24,000 nucleotides of DNA, taken from positions 2,540,487-2,564,486 of the forward strand of contig NZ_CP068230.1 of the NCBI RefSeq assembly GCF_009183365.2, read 5' to 3'. The DNA comes from Shewanella algae (lineage in GTDB: Bacteria; Pseudomonadota; Gammaproteobacteria; Enterobacterales; Shewanellaceae). Below the pieces are notes generated by a model. It saw only the letters and a list, made by a program, of their open reading frames with translations. It searched no databases and was not told the DNA's origin. Positions 6,897-14,520 of the stretch are shown here, in pieces (position 1 is the stretch's first letter; each line of letters opens with the position of its first letter). The position numbers and the translations under genes were made by a program.

Positions 6897-8777
6897 TCAG
6901 AAGCTTGCCAAGAGTTGCATGCCCGAGAAGGCGGAGTATCCGCGGATCATCACATGATAGGTCGCCGCCTGGGTGACTTGAAAGCTGCAGCTTTCACTGT
7001 TGCCATTCTTGTACGGACGGCAATCATACACAGACGTAGAAGGTGCAGCCCCGGCGCGAACATAGAGATCGGCGTCACCACTGCCGCCGCTGGTAGCAAT
7101 ATTCAGGCTAACACCCGCCGGAACCTGGACAGTGAAATGCTGCTCTGAACCCGCACTGCCACTCAAGTTGCTCTTCGGCACGCCATTTTCCAGACAATCG
7201 CTGCCACAACCACCGCCGGCGCTGTGTGTTGCCGTTAATGTGGCGCCGCTGTAGGCACTGTAACCCTGCAGCATCACGTACCAGCGCCCTTCTGCCGGCG
7301 AGCTGAAGCTGCAGCTCTCATTGTTGCCACTCTTGTAGGGGCGGCATTGGTAGCTGTTTAACGTGGGTTTGCTACCTTGGCTGACATAGAGATCGGCATC
7401 ACCACTGCCGCCAGCCAGATCTATGTTCAAGTCGGCAGCGCCCGCAGGGACATCGATATAGAAATAGTTGGATGAACCCTGGACACCGCTGACACTGATC
7501 CCCACGCCGTTATCCAATGGAGTATCATCCGATGGACAATCATTGCCACAACCGCCGTCATCACCTGCCAGAGAATAGAGCAGCTTGTTGGGTGAACCTG
7601 TCTTGGCATCGCCCACTTTGCCGGATGAGGCGCGGCTTACCAGCAAGTTAGTCAGCTGAGTCGGGCTCAAGGCTGGGTTTTCCGCCAGATAAAGTGCCGC
7701 CACCCCGGCAACATGGGGGGATGCCATGGAAGTACCACTAATGGTATTAGTTGCGCTGTTGGAGTTGTACCAGGCAGAGGTGATTGACGAACCCGGAGCA
7801 TAGATGTCCAGACAGGTGCCGTAGTTGGAGAAACTTGAGCGACTGTCGGTGCTGGTGGTAGAACCCACAGTCACCGCATTGGCGGCCCGCGCCGGTGAAT
7901 AGTTACAGGCATTACTGTTGTCATTGCCTGCTGCCACAACAAAGCTTATCCCGGCCGCTACGGCCGCATTTACCGCATCATCCAGCGCCTGGGAGGCGCC
8001 GCCGCCCAAACTCATGTTGGCAACCGAAGGCCCTTGGGCGTTGTTTTTCACCCAGTTGATCCCGGAAATCACTCCGGAGTTGGTACCTGAGCCCGAGCAG
8101 TTAAGTACCCTGACCCCGACAATATTGACATTCTTGGCAACCCCGTAAGTGCTGCCGCCTATAGTCCCGGCAACATGAGTACCATGACCGTTACAGTCAC
8201 TGCTGTCGTTATCGTTATCGATAAAGTCATAGCCACTGCTGGCACGGCCGCCAAACTCATTGTGGGTGTTACGTACACCTGTGTCTATGACAAAGGCGGT
8301 GACGCCGGAGCCGTCATAGTCGTAATGGTAGTTACTGTTGAGCGGCAGATCCCGCTGATCTATCCGGTCAAGCCCCCAGGTAGCCCCGCCTTGATCGCCG
8401 GCGGCTTCCACCATGGGTTCAATAGACACCCTTTGATCCTGCTCAACATATTTGATGTTGGGATCTTTAAGCAGACTCTGGATCTGAGCCGCATTGGCCT
8501 TGACCAATACCCCGTTGAGGCTGTTGCCAAAGTTTTGTCTGACTTCAATGCCGTGTTCGTTGGCGAGCCTTGCGCCCATACTGCTGGCGTAGGCGCTGAC
8601 GCCATTCGGGTCATTAAGGTTGATAACCGCCGGGGTATTGAACACCACTATGTACTGATCTTTGATGGCTTTGGCAGGATTGACCGCATGTAACTGGGCT
8701 TGATAGTCCTGTGCCAGAACGAGCGGGCTGCTCAGGGCTGCAGCAACTGCAATCGCAATGAAATGTTTCCTTTGCAT
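6897..8777 (-). CDS. Secreted subtilisin-family (S8, proteinase K-like) serine protease with an I9 propeptide and two C-terminal PPC (pre-peptidase C-terminal) domains
   Basis: The signal peptide is [22 protein letters not shown]|QD, followed by an I9-like propeptide (YIVVFN...[24 protein letters not shown]). Catalytic-triad contexts are present: FVIDTGV (Asp), [14 protein letters not shown] (His) and [17 protein letters not shown] (Ser). Two repeats of about 100 aa each contain [10 protein letters not shown]...CRPYK.GN.ESCSF. An AAGGA Shine-Dalgarno sequence lies upstream of the ATG. Confidence 0.93.
   Translation of the reverse strand: MQRKHFIAIAVAAALSSPLVLAQDYQAQLHAVNPAKAIKDQYIVVFNTPAVINLNDPNGVSAYASSMGARLANEHGIEVRQNFGNSLNGVLVKANAAQIQSLLKDPNIKYVEQDQRVSIEPMVEAAGDQGGATWGLDRIDQRDLPLNSNYHYDYDGSGVTAFVIDTGVRNTHNEFGGRASSGYDFIDNDNDSSDCNGHGTHVAGTIGGSTYGVAKNVNIVGVRVLNCSGSGTNSGVISGINWVKNNAQGPSVANMSLGGGASQALDDAVNAAVAAGISFVVAAGNDNSNACNYSPARAANAVTVGSTTSTDSRSSFSNYGTCLDIYAPGSSITSAWYNSNSATNTISGTSMASPHVAGVAALYLAENPALSPTQLTNLLVSRASSGKVGDAKTGSPNKLLYSLAGDDGGCGNDCPSDDTPLDNGVGISVSGVQGSSNYFYIDVPAGAADLNIDLAGGSGDADLYVSQGSKPTLNSYQCRPYKSGNNESCSFSSPAEGRWYVMLQGYSAYSGATLTATHSAGGGCGSDCLENGVPKSNLSGSAGSEQHFTVQVPAGVSLNIATSGGSGDADLYVRAGAAPSTSVYDCRPYKNGNSESCSFQVTQAATYHVMIRGYSAFSGMQLLASF
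6900..7510 (-). repeat. Tandem duplication encoding the two PPC domains of the protease
   Basis: nt 7060-7088 and 7384-7412 (acatagagatcggc[g/a]tcaccactgccgcc) match at 28 of 29 positions. They are exactly 324 nt (108 codons) apart. The flanking sequence is also recognisably similar. Confidence 0.7.
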
Positions 8778-8888
8778 AATGATTTCCTTGGTTATTATGA
8801 TTTTGCCTCGAGGGCCGTTTTAACCTAGGACATTTTTTAAGCAGCATCTAAATTGCAGCGTTGCACTGTGCCGGAAACCGATATTGCA

Positions 8889-8910
8889 AATGTAACAACA
8901 ACGTTACATT
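8889..8910. promoter_or_regulatory. Palindromic operator candidate resembling a TyrR box (TGTAAA-N6-TTTACA)
   Basis: aaTGTAAC-aacaac-GTTACAtt is a perfect 8+8 inverted repeat. It lies about 112-133 nt upstream of the protease ATG at 8777. Confidence 0.3.
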
Positions 8911-9193
8911 ACCCCGCCTAAAGTAGCAGAAAGATCCGCCAAGAGTATAACCGATACAAAACGGGGGCCCGTATCGACAAATGAACCAGTTATACTAATA
9001 AAATCAATTATTTTATTCTATTGCTTGACCAGCAACCCACCCAGCACTAACACTTTTGGGCCGGATGAATTGCAAGCTATCAACCCAAAGTATGATTTTA
9101 AACTCAGGCTTAGCTTCTCGCCCTTTTTCCTCTTGCCTTTCAGCAAATTACCGGCCAAGCGCAAAATAAGCGCCATAGATAAAAAGGATCTGG

Positions 9194-9883
9194 TTACCAG
9201 GGTATACTGTTGCCGCAGTAATCATAAAATCCGCCACTTTGTGCCTGGCTGAGTTTATCCAGCAGTTGTTTCATACCGGCCGCCGAGGTATCTACATCAA
9301 TAAGCGCATTGGGGCCGCCCATGCTGGTTTGCACCCAACCGGGATGCAAGGCTACCGCTTTGACACCGACATCGGCCAAATCTAAGGCAAGACTCTTGGT
9401 GATCGAGTTGAGCGCGGCCTTGGATGAACGATACAGATAACCACCACCACTCTGGTTGTCGGCCATACTACCGACCTTGGATGAGATATTGGCTATGATG
9501 CCTTTTGCTTGGATAAGATGAGGCAGGAAAGCTTCAGCAAGCTTACAAGGCGCTATGCTGTTTACTTCAAACACTGTGCGCCATTCATCCACAGGCAATT
9601 GTCCTAACTGCAAGCCTTTGGGGCCATAATAGCCTGCATTGTTGAGCAGCAGATCCAAGCCCCGTCCCTCAAGCTCTGCAGCCAGATCAGCCACCGCCTC
9701 ATAGTCGGTCACATCCAGAGCAAACACCTCCAGCCCCTGAAACTCGTTGACCAGATCCAGCAGTTCGTCGGCCGTTTCCGGATCGCGACAACAGGCCAAT
9801 ACGTCCCAACCGGCGGCAAGATAGACTTGGGTCAACGCCAATCCTATGCCGCGGTTGGCACCGGTTATCAATAGTTGTGGCAT
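9194..9883 (-). CDS. Short-chain dehydrogenase/reductase (SDR) family oxidoreductase
   Basis: It carries the cofactor motif TGANRGIGLAL, an NNAG motif (LLNNAGYYG) and the catalytic YRSSKAALN (YxxxK). It is 229 aa long. An AAGGAG Shine-Dalgarno sequence lies about 9 nt upstream of the ATG. Confidence 0.9.
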   Translation of the reverse strand: MPQLLITGANRGIGLALTQVYLAAGWDVLACCRDPETADELLDLVNEFQGLEVFALDVTDYEAVADLAAELEGRGLDLLLNNAGYYGPKGLQLGQLPVDEWRTVFEVNSIAPCKLAEAFLPHLIQAKGIIANISSKVGSMADNQSGGGYLYRSSKAALNSITKSLALDLADVGVKAVALHPGWVQTSMGGPNALIDVDTSAAGMKQLLDKLSQAQSGGFYDYCGNSIPW

Positions 9884-9974
9884 AGGGTTAATCTCCTTTT
9901 ACTTGAGAATTTCGGGCTTAGGTTGTCGTCACTCATTAGCTAAATGACGCACGATCGAGCTTATCATAAGCCAG

Positions 9975-10874
9975 TTAACTTCCGTTTGGCTTCTTGTTAC
10001 TTTCACGATGACTCTGGCGGATAAGCGCTTCACCGAGCATGCCAAAGTAATTTGTCAGCGCGTTGAGAATCGCTTTTCTATGAGCCTCATCAGGATAGGC
10101 CCCTGAATCATTGAGATGTGAGAAAGTCGTACCCGACACCAGATATTGGTTCCGTATATCGGTAAAAGACTCGATAGCGGCTTCAAAGGCCCGGGCCATC
10201 AACTCCGTAGGGAGCGAAAAATAGCACCTGCCATAATGTTTATCCAAGGCAATGGCCCGGCGCACATAGTCACTCGGCTCAAGGCCATCCGGGCTTATAA
10301 GCACGGTTTGATAAAGGAATGCCAAATGACGGTTGAGTGGATGGGGTCTAAGCTCAACATCTTTAAGATAGAGGTCACTGCCAAAACCAATAGCAGTGCC
10401 AACACTATACGCCAAACCGGAATCGTTGCAGCAGGCTAGCTGGTCGACACTTGAATGAATGCCAAAGGCTGCTTTGGCAATATAGTGATCAAAGGCGTGC
10501 CAAAACTCATGGGCCAAGGCGCCGGCACCGGCATTTTTCGCCAGCGCCAATATCCTTTCATGGGGGGCGTAGTGCGCCTGGACACCTTTCTGACCGCCGA
10601 GACCAAAGTCCAGATTCAGGGTTTGTCTAAGTCCAATGGCGTCCGGCGGCAACTTGAGTATAAAAGCCAGGTCCGCCAGAGAATCAAATATCAGATTGGC
10701 AGCCAGCCGTGATTCTTCAGCGCTGACCCACTTGCCTACCCGCACATTGGCAAAGCCGAACTGTTGCTTGATATCGAGAAAACTGACCTGCTCGTCGAAA
10801 CGATAATCCGGTCCTTCGCGCAAATAGTGGCGGCTTGTCAGCAAAACTCTTGGCTCCCAATCGATTTCAAACAA
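9975..10874 (-). CDS. HExxH-motif protein, a putative cytosolic zinc-metallopeptidase-like protein of unknown function
   Basis: The 299-aa ORF has no signal peptide. It contains GALAHEFWHAFDHY, with HEFWH encoded at nt 10497-10511. The start is uncertain: TTG at 10874 has no Shine-Dalgarno sequence, while TTG at 10844 is preceded by GGGAG. Confidence 0.75.
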   Translation of the reverse strand: MFEIDWEPRVLLTSRHYLREGPDYRFDEQVSFLDIKQQFGFANVRVGKWVSAEESRLAANLIFDSLADLAFILKLPPDAIGLRQTLNLDFGLGGQKGVQAHYAPHERILALAKNAGAGALAHEFWHAFDHYIAKAAFGIHSSVDQLACCNDSGLAYSVGTAIGFGSDLYLKDVELRPHPLNRHLAFLYQTVLISPDGLEPSDYVRRAIALDKHYGRCYFSLPTELMARAFEAAIESFTDIRNQYLVSGTTFSHLNDSGAYPDEAHRKAILNALTNYFGMLGEALIRQSHRESNKKPNGS

Positions 10875-11023
10875 AACGAGTGTATACCCGAGGAACGTAA
10901 ATGTCCCATCATGCTTGAAATCATTGGCTATATCGTTTTTGGAACGACTCAGAGATAAATAGCAAACGGCAGAATGGCAATGCTATGGAAATATAGCAAG
11001 AGAAAGCATCTGGGTTGGGACAC

Positions 11024-11052
11024 AAAAAAGGCTCCTCGTGGGAGCCTTTTTT
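11024..11052 (-). terminator. Rho-independent terminator of the tRNA operon (bidirectional shape)
   Basis: aaaaaaGGCTCCtcgtgGGAGCCtttttt lies immediately downstream of tRNA-Leu on the minus strand. Confidence 0.75.
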
Positions 11053-11065
11053 GCACCATTTAGAA

Positions 11066-11152
11066 TGGTACCCGAGGACGGACTTGAACCGTCACGCTGT
11101 TACCAGCGAGGGATTTTAAATCCCTTGTGTCTACCGATTCCACCACTCGGGC
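11066..11152 (-). tRNA. leuZ: tRNA-Leu (anticodon UAA), encoded CCA included
   Basis: The reverse complement is gcccgagtggtggaatcggtagacacaagggattTAAaatccctcgctggtaacagcgtgacggttcaagtccgtcctcgggtacca. It is a class II tRNA with a long variable arm and is very close to E. coli leuZ as I remember it. The symbol is given by analogy only. Confidence 0.93.
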
Positions 11153-11196
11153 AAACTGTGTAACAAGGAGATATTACCCATTGTCACTTGATAGAG

Positions 11197-11270
11197 TGGA
11201 GGCGCGACCCGGAGTCGAACCGAGATCGACGGATTTGCAATCCGCAGCATAGCCATTCTGCCATCGCGCC
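11197..11270 (-). tRNA. cysT: tRNA-Cys (anticodon GCA)
   Basis: The reverse complement is ggcgcgatggcagaatggctatgctgcggattGCAaatccgtcgatctcggttcgactccgggtcgcgcctcca. It folds as a cloverleaf with a GTTCGA T-loop and an encoded CCA. The symbol is given by analogy to the E. coli glyW-cysT-leuZ operon. Confidence 0.93.
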
Positions 11271-11290
11271 CCGAGCCATAAGGCTGGGAT

Positions 11291-11366
11291 TGGAGCGACA
11301 TATCGGGTTCGAACCGATGACCTGTACCTTGGCAAGGTACCGCTCTACCAACTGAGCTAATGTCGC
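11291..11366 (-). tRNA. glyW: tRNA-Gly (anticodon GCC)
   Basis: The reverse complement is gcgacattagctcagttggtagagcggtaccttGCCaaggtacaggtcatcggttcgaacccgatatgtcgctcca. The symbol is given by analogy to E. coli. Confidence 0.93.
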
Positions 11367-11425
11367 ATCACTTGTTTGCTTCATCTTCCGAGTTGACAAT
11401 CAACAAAGGTACCAACCTTCTGTTT

Positions 11426-11448
11426 TACCAACTGAGCTAATGTCGCAT
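11426..11448 (-). pseudogene. Truncated or decayed tRNA-Gly copy (5' acceptor plus D-arm fragment only)
   Basis: A 23-nt stretch (taccaactgagctaatgtcgcat) is identical to 11346-11368, exactly 80 nt away. An adjacent aaggtacc echoes the anticodon stem. The D-stem 3' strand, T-arm and 3' acceptor strand are missing. Confidence 0.6.
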
Positions 11449-11504
11449 ACCTGTTCCGCTATTGAAGCGGAAGCCAGAGTGTTATCCCCTGACTGCGGAT
11501 TGGC

Positions 11505-11532
11505 ATTCTACCGATTTGAGGCAGGGAGTCAA
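11505..11532 (-). promoter_or_regulatory. Sigma70 promoter candidate for the tRNA operon
   Basis: The minus strand reads TTGACT-N16-TAGAAT, followed by the discriminator gccaatc. An A/T-rich hairpin region lies upstream at 11541-11558. The promoter is about 140 nt upstream of mature tRNA-Gly. Confidence 0.55.
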
Positions 11533-11882
11533 TCGGCAAATTGGCATTTTTATGCCAAAATCACTCGGATGCTGGCAATTTGCTCAAAGCGGGTCAAATT
11601 TTCATTATCATGATTAAAATACAATCCGATTCAGTAGCTTGTCAGCGCCCTCTCCCACCGAATACCATCACAAAAGCCGTTGTAAAACACCCTTATCGAG
11701 GCCCTTATCAAAATATTTGATAAGGATTCCAGTAAAATGAGCGTATTGAGGCTTAGGGAATCTTACAAAGGACTAAGGCCATTTGCTGCGAACCACGCCT
11801 TGCATCCAGGCCCGTAAGCCGACGCAGAGCACGCATGGGACTTGTTCGCACCTTCCTTAGCTACACAAGACTTGAATACAAC

Positions 11883-11908
11883 AAGGCCCGATACTCAGAC
11901 CGGGCCTT
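11883..11908 (-). terminator. Candidate terminator of the long GAPDH gene
   Basis: aaggcccg-atactcagac-cgggcctt forms an 8-bp GC-rich stem 18 nt downstream of the stop. On the minus strand it is followed by gttgtattc, only a moderate U-tract. Confidence 0.45.
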
Positions 11909-11925
11909 GATAGCAAGAGTCGAAA

Positions 11926-13368
11926 TTACTCTTCAGACAGAGGCAGAGACAGGTAGTTAAGCCCCAGCATCTTCTGCATCACGCCAACCACCTGACAGCT
12001 GTAACCAAACTCGTTGTCGTACCACACGTAGAGGATGGCGCGCTTGCCGTCGGCGATAGTGGCTTGAGAATCAACCACACCGGCGTAGCGTGAGCCCACC
12101 AGGTCACAGGACACAATTTCAGTAGACTCGGTGAAGTCTACCTGGTTCTGCAGCTCAGAGTGCAGCGCGATATCACGCAGATAAGCGTTCATATCTTCTT
12201 TGCTGGTTTCGGCGTTCAGGTTCAGGCTGATGATGGCCATGGACACGTTCGGAGTTGGCACCCGAATCGCGTTACCTGTCAGCTTACCGGAAAGTACCGG
12301 CAACGCCTTGGCAACCGCTTTGGCGGCGCCGGTTTCAGTGATCACCATGTTCAGCGGTGCACTGCGACCGCGACGGTCTGCTTTGTGGTAGTTGTCGATC
12401 AGGTTCTGGTCATTGGTATAAGAGTGGATAGTTTCCACGTGACCATTTTCGATACCGTACTTGTCATTAACGGCCTTCAGTACAGGCGTAATGGCGTTGG
12501 TGGTACAGCTGGCGGCAGAAACAATAACATCTTCCGGCAGAATATCGCTGTCGTTAACACCATAGACTATGTTCTTGATGCTGCCCTTGGCAGGGGCAGT
12601 CAGCAGAACCTTGGACGCACCTGGGCTCTTGAGGTGCAGACCCAAACCGTCTTCATCTTTCCAGATGCCTGTGTTGTCGACCACCAGGGCATCGGTAATA
12701 CCGTACTTGGTGTAATCCACTTCATCGGGTGAGTTGGCGTAAATCACCTGAATATAAGTACCGTTGGCGATGATGGCGTTGTTCTCTTCATCCACCTCGA
12801 CAGAGCCGTTGAAAGGTCCGTGTACTGAATCACGGCGCAGCAGGCTGGCACGCTTTTCCAGATCGCCCTTACGGCCACCGCGCAGAACGATAGCGCGCAG
12901 GCGCAACTTGTTGCTGCGGCCGGTTTTTTCAATCAACAAACGGGCCAGCAGACGACCGATGCGGCCAAAACCGTAGAGTACAACGTTACGTGGCTCAACT
13001 TCATCTTTGCTTTCAATGGCACTGGCCAGCTCGCGGCTCATATAAGCTTCGATTTCGCTGCCGTCGGTGTGGTTACGCCAATACTTAACCGCCAGTTTAC
13101 CTATATCCACTTTGCACTGTTTGACATCCAGTTTGCTCAGGGCTTCTACGAAGGGGAAGCTCTCACGCAAGCGCAGCTTATCGCCCACATGGCGACGAAC
13201 CAGACGATGGGCCTTGATAATATCGATGGTGGAGGCGATCAGCAGGGGTTTACCATAAACCACCACTTCTACGCCCTGATTGCGATACAACTTGCCCAAC
13301 AGGGGCTGCATAGCCTCCGCCAGTTCGAAGCGTTCTTGCCAACTTTGTAGGTGTTTATCAGCGCTCAT
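11926..13368 (-). CDS. Glyceraldehyde-3-phosphate dehydrogenase, long form (480 aa, with an N-terminal extension of about 130 aa)
   Basis: The core begins at VVLYGFGRIGRLLARL (Rossmann fold). The active site is SAASCTTNAITPVLK, and the C-terminal region contains WYDNEFGYSCQVV. An AAGGA Shine-Dalgarno sequence lies upstream of the ATG at 13368. As I recall, long-form Gap paralogs of this size occur in Shewanella and Pseudomonas. Confidence 0.9.
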   Translation of the reverse strand: MSADKHLQSWQERFELAEAMQPLLGKLYRNQGVEVVVYGKPLLIASTIDIIKAHRLVRRHVGDKLRLRESFPFVEALSKLDVKQCKVDIGKLAVKYWRNHTDGSEIEAYMSRELASAIESKDEVEPRNVVLYGFGRIGRLLARLLIEKTGRSNKLRLRAIVLRGGRKGDLEKRASLLRRDSVHGPFNGSVEVDEENNAIIANGTYIQVIYANSPDEVDYTKYGITDALVVDNTGIWKDEDGLGLHLKSPGASKVLLTAPAKGSIKNIVYGVNDSDILPEDVIVSAASCTTNAITPVLKAVNDKYGIENGHVETIHSYTNDQNLIDNYHKADRRGRSAPLNMVITETGAAKAVAKALPVLSGKLTGNAIRVPTPNVSMAIISLNLNAETSKEDMNAYLRDIALHSELQNQVDFTESTEIVSCDLVGSRYAGVVDSQATIADGKRAILYVWYDNEFGYSCQVVGVMQKMLGLNYLSLPLSEE

Positions 13369-13534
13369 TTACAGATCCTTTATCTCACTTTTCCACTTTA
13401 TTGTCGGGAAAGGTTTGAGTAACAAAAAGAAAAGACCAATAATCATATTTATGACAGCTAAACCTGCCCCTTTTGGTCGGCGCTATTGTAATGAAAACTG
13501 CTGCGTCAGGCTAGTAGGAGATTTTCGCTAAATC

Positions 13535-13549
13535 TCTAATTAAATTACA
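13535..13549. promoter_or_regulatory. HexR-like operator candidate
   Basis: TCTAATTAAATTACA matches 14 of 15 positions of the TGTAATTAAATTACA HexR palindrome as I remember it. It lies in the divergent intergenic region between the long GAPDH gene (start 13368) and the lipoprotein gene (start 13573). It sits inside overlapping inverted repeats: gagattt/aaatctc and ctaaatct/agatttag. Confidence 0.4.
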
Positions 13550-13572
13550 GATTTAGTCAATTGGAGCGTATT

Positions 13573-14520
13573 TTGACGCGTAATCTAGTAATAATTACAT
13601 CATTTATCCTTTTAGCCGGGGTTAGTGGCTGTGATAATGGCGGTAACCCCGCCACTATTTGTAAGAATAATCCTGAACTTTGTGACGATTTGCATAAGGA
13701 CAGCTGGTGCAGACGGGAAAAGGCCAGCCTGATCATTCAGCGCTATCAGGTCAAAACCACGCCGGAGCCCTCAGGCGAACAAGTCTATCGCTTGCTCGTT
13801 AATCTGGAAAACTACAACCGCTGTGTGGGGCTTGCCGCCGGAGTACAGCACATTCTCAATCCTGAACGTACCAATGACAGAGCCAGAGCCTATGGTTTGA
13901 GCGCGCAAAGCTTGTCTGAGCTGCAAGCCTCTACCAAGGGCAGCAATGACATCTATATTGCCTTCTATCACTGGGCACATTTGGGTGACGATGCAGCACT
14001 CAAGGTATTACTGGAGGCAGAGAAACAGCAACAGATAGATTCGCCCGAGATCCTTGCCGGACTCGCGGGCTATTATCTCAAGTTTGATGCCATCAAAGCG
14101 AAACAACTCTATCTTAAGGTGTTGGCAAAGAGCACCAAAGAGAACTTCGACCCCGATTGGTTGTTGGGGCTGGCAAGTGCTTCCAGGCAGTTGCAGGATA
14201 TGGAGCAGGCATATCTGCTCTCGAGAACCAATCTGCTTTTGACCGACAACCCGGTCGATGAGGTTCAACTGAAAGCCATGATAGGCAACAATAGTCAGTT
14301 GAGTACTCATTTGGATCAACAGGCAAGTAGTCTGGCGGACGCTCTGAAAGGCGGTGATTACCTTGAGAGTGATTGGCCAAAACGCCTGCAAGGCAATGAG
14401 GGGAAAGATGATGGGAAACAAGCTGAGACTGAGCCGGTAACAAAGCAAGCCGCTGATAGCAAACCCATTGATAGCGACAGCAAGCTCGAGAAAAGCACCG
14501 AAGGGGCCAAACAAAACTGA
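13573..14520 (+). CDS. Putative lipoprotein of unknown function with a charged low-complexity C-terminal tail
   Basis: The TTG at 13573 is preceded by GGAG with 6-nt spacing and gives (M)TRNLVIITSFILLAGVSGC|DNGG, a good lipobox. The tracked ORF starts at a TTG at 13561. The body is helical, and the tail is K/D/E/S-rich (NEGKDDGKQAETEPVTKQAADSKPIDSDSKLEKSTEGAKQN). Confidence 0.75.
   Translation: MTRNLVIITSFILLAGVSGCDNGGNPATICKNNPELCDDLHKDSWCRREKASLIIQRYQVKTTPEPSGEQVYRLLVNLENYNRCVGLAAGVQHILNPERTNDRARAYGLSAQSLSELQASTKGSNDIYIAFYHWAHLGDDAALKVLLEAEKQQQIDSPEILAGLAGYYLKFDAIKAKQLYLKVLAKSTKENFDPDWLLGLASASRQLQDMEQAYLLSRTNLLLTDNPVDEVQLKAMIGNNSQLSTHLDQQASSLADALKGGDYLESDWPKRLQGNEGKDDGKQAETEPVTKQAADSKPIDSDSKLEKSTEGAKQN

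Noticed and set aside
8175-8693. 172-aa ORF antisense to the S8 protease gene
   Set aside because: It is a shadow ORF within a protease gene that has an intact catalytic triad and signal peptide.
9025-9252. 75-aa ORF between the protease and SDR genes
   Set aside because: It overlaps the 3' end of the SDR gene on the opposite strand, has no ribosome-binding site and a poor-looking product.
11184-11399. 71-aa ORF across the tRNA cluster
   Set aside because: It is composed of the tRNA-Cys and tRNA-Gly genes read as codons, so it is an artefact.
11497-11535. tRNA-like fragment (aaTCGGTAGAAtgcc...aatccgcag) upstream of the tRNA-Gly remnant
   Set aside because: It resembles D-arm and anticodon-stem pieces of tRNA-Leu and tRNA-Cys. 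The same bases form an excellent TTGACT-N16-TAGAAT promoter, so the promoter reading is simpler. No cloverleaf can be drawn.
11598-11620. Fur-box-like A/T-rich sequence aattttcattatcatgattaaaa
   Set aside because: It matches only about 11-12 of 19 positions of the GATAATGATAATCATTATC consensus in the best register. It lies upstream of a tRNA promoter, where A/T-rich UP or FIS-type sequence is expected anyway.
12160-12732. 190-aa ORF antisense to the long GAPDH gene, plus smaller ones at 12200-13350
   Set aside because: The opposite strand encodes an unmistakable GAPDH (SCTTN active site). The antisense products have no motifs.
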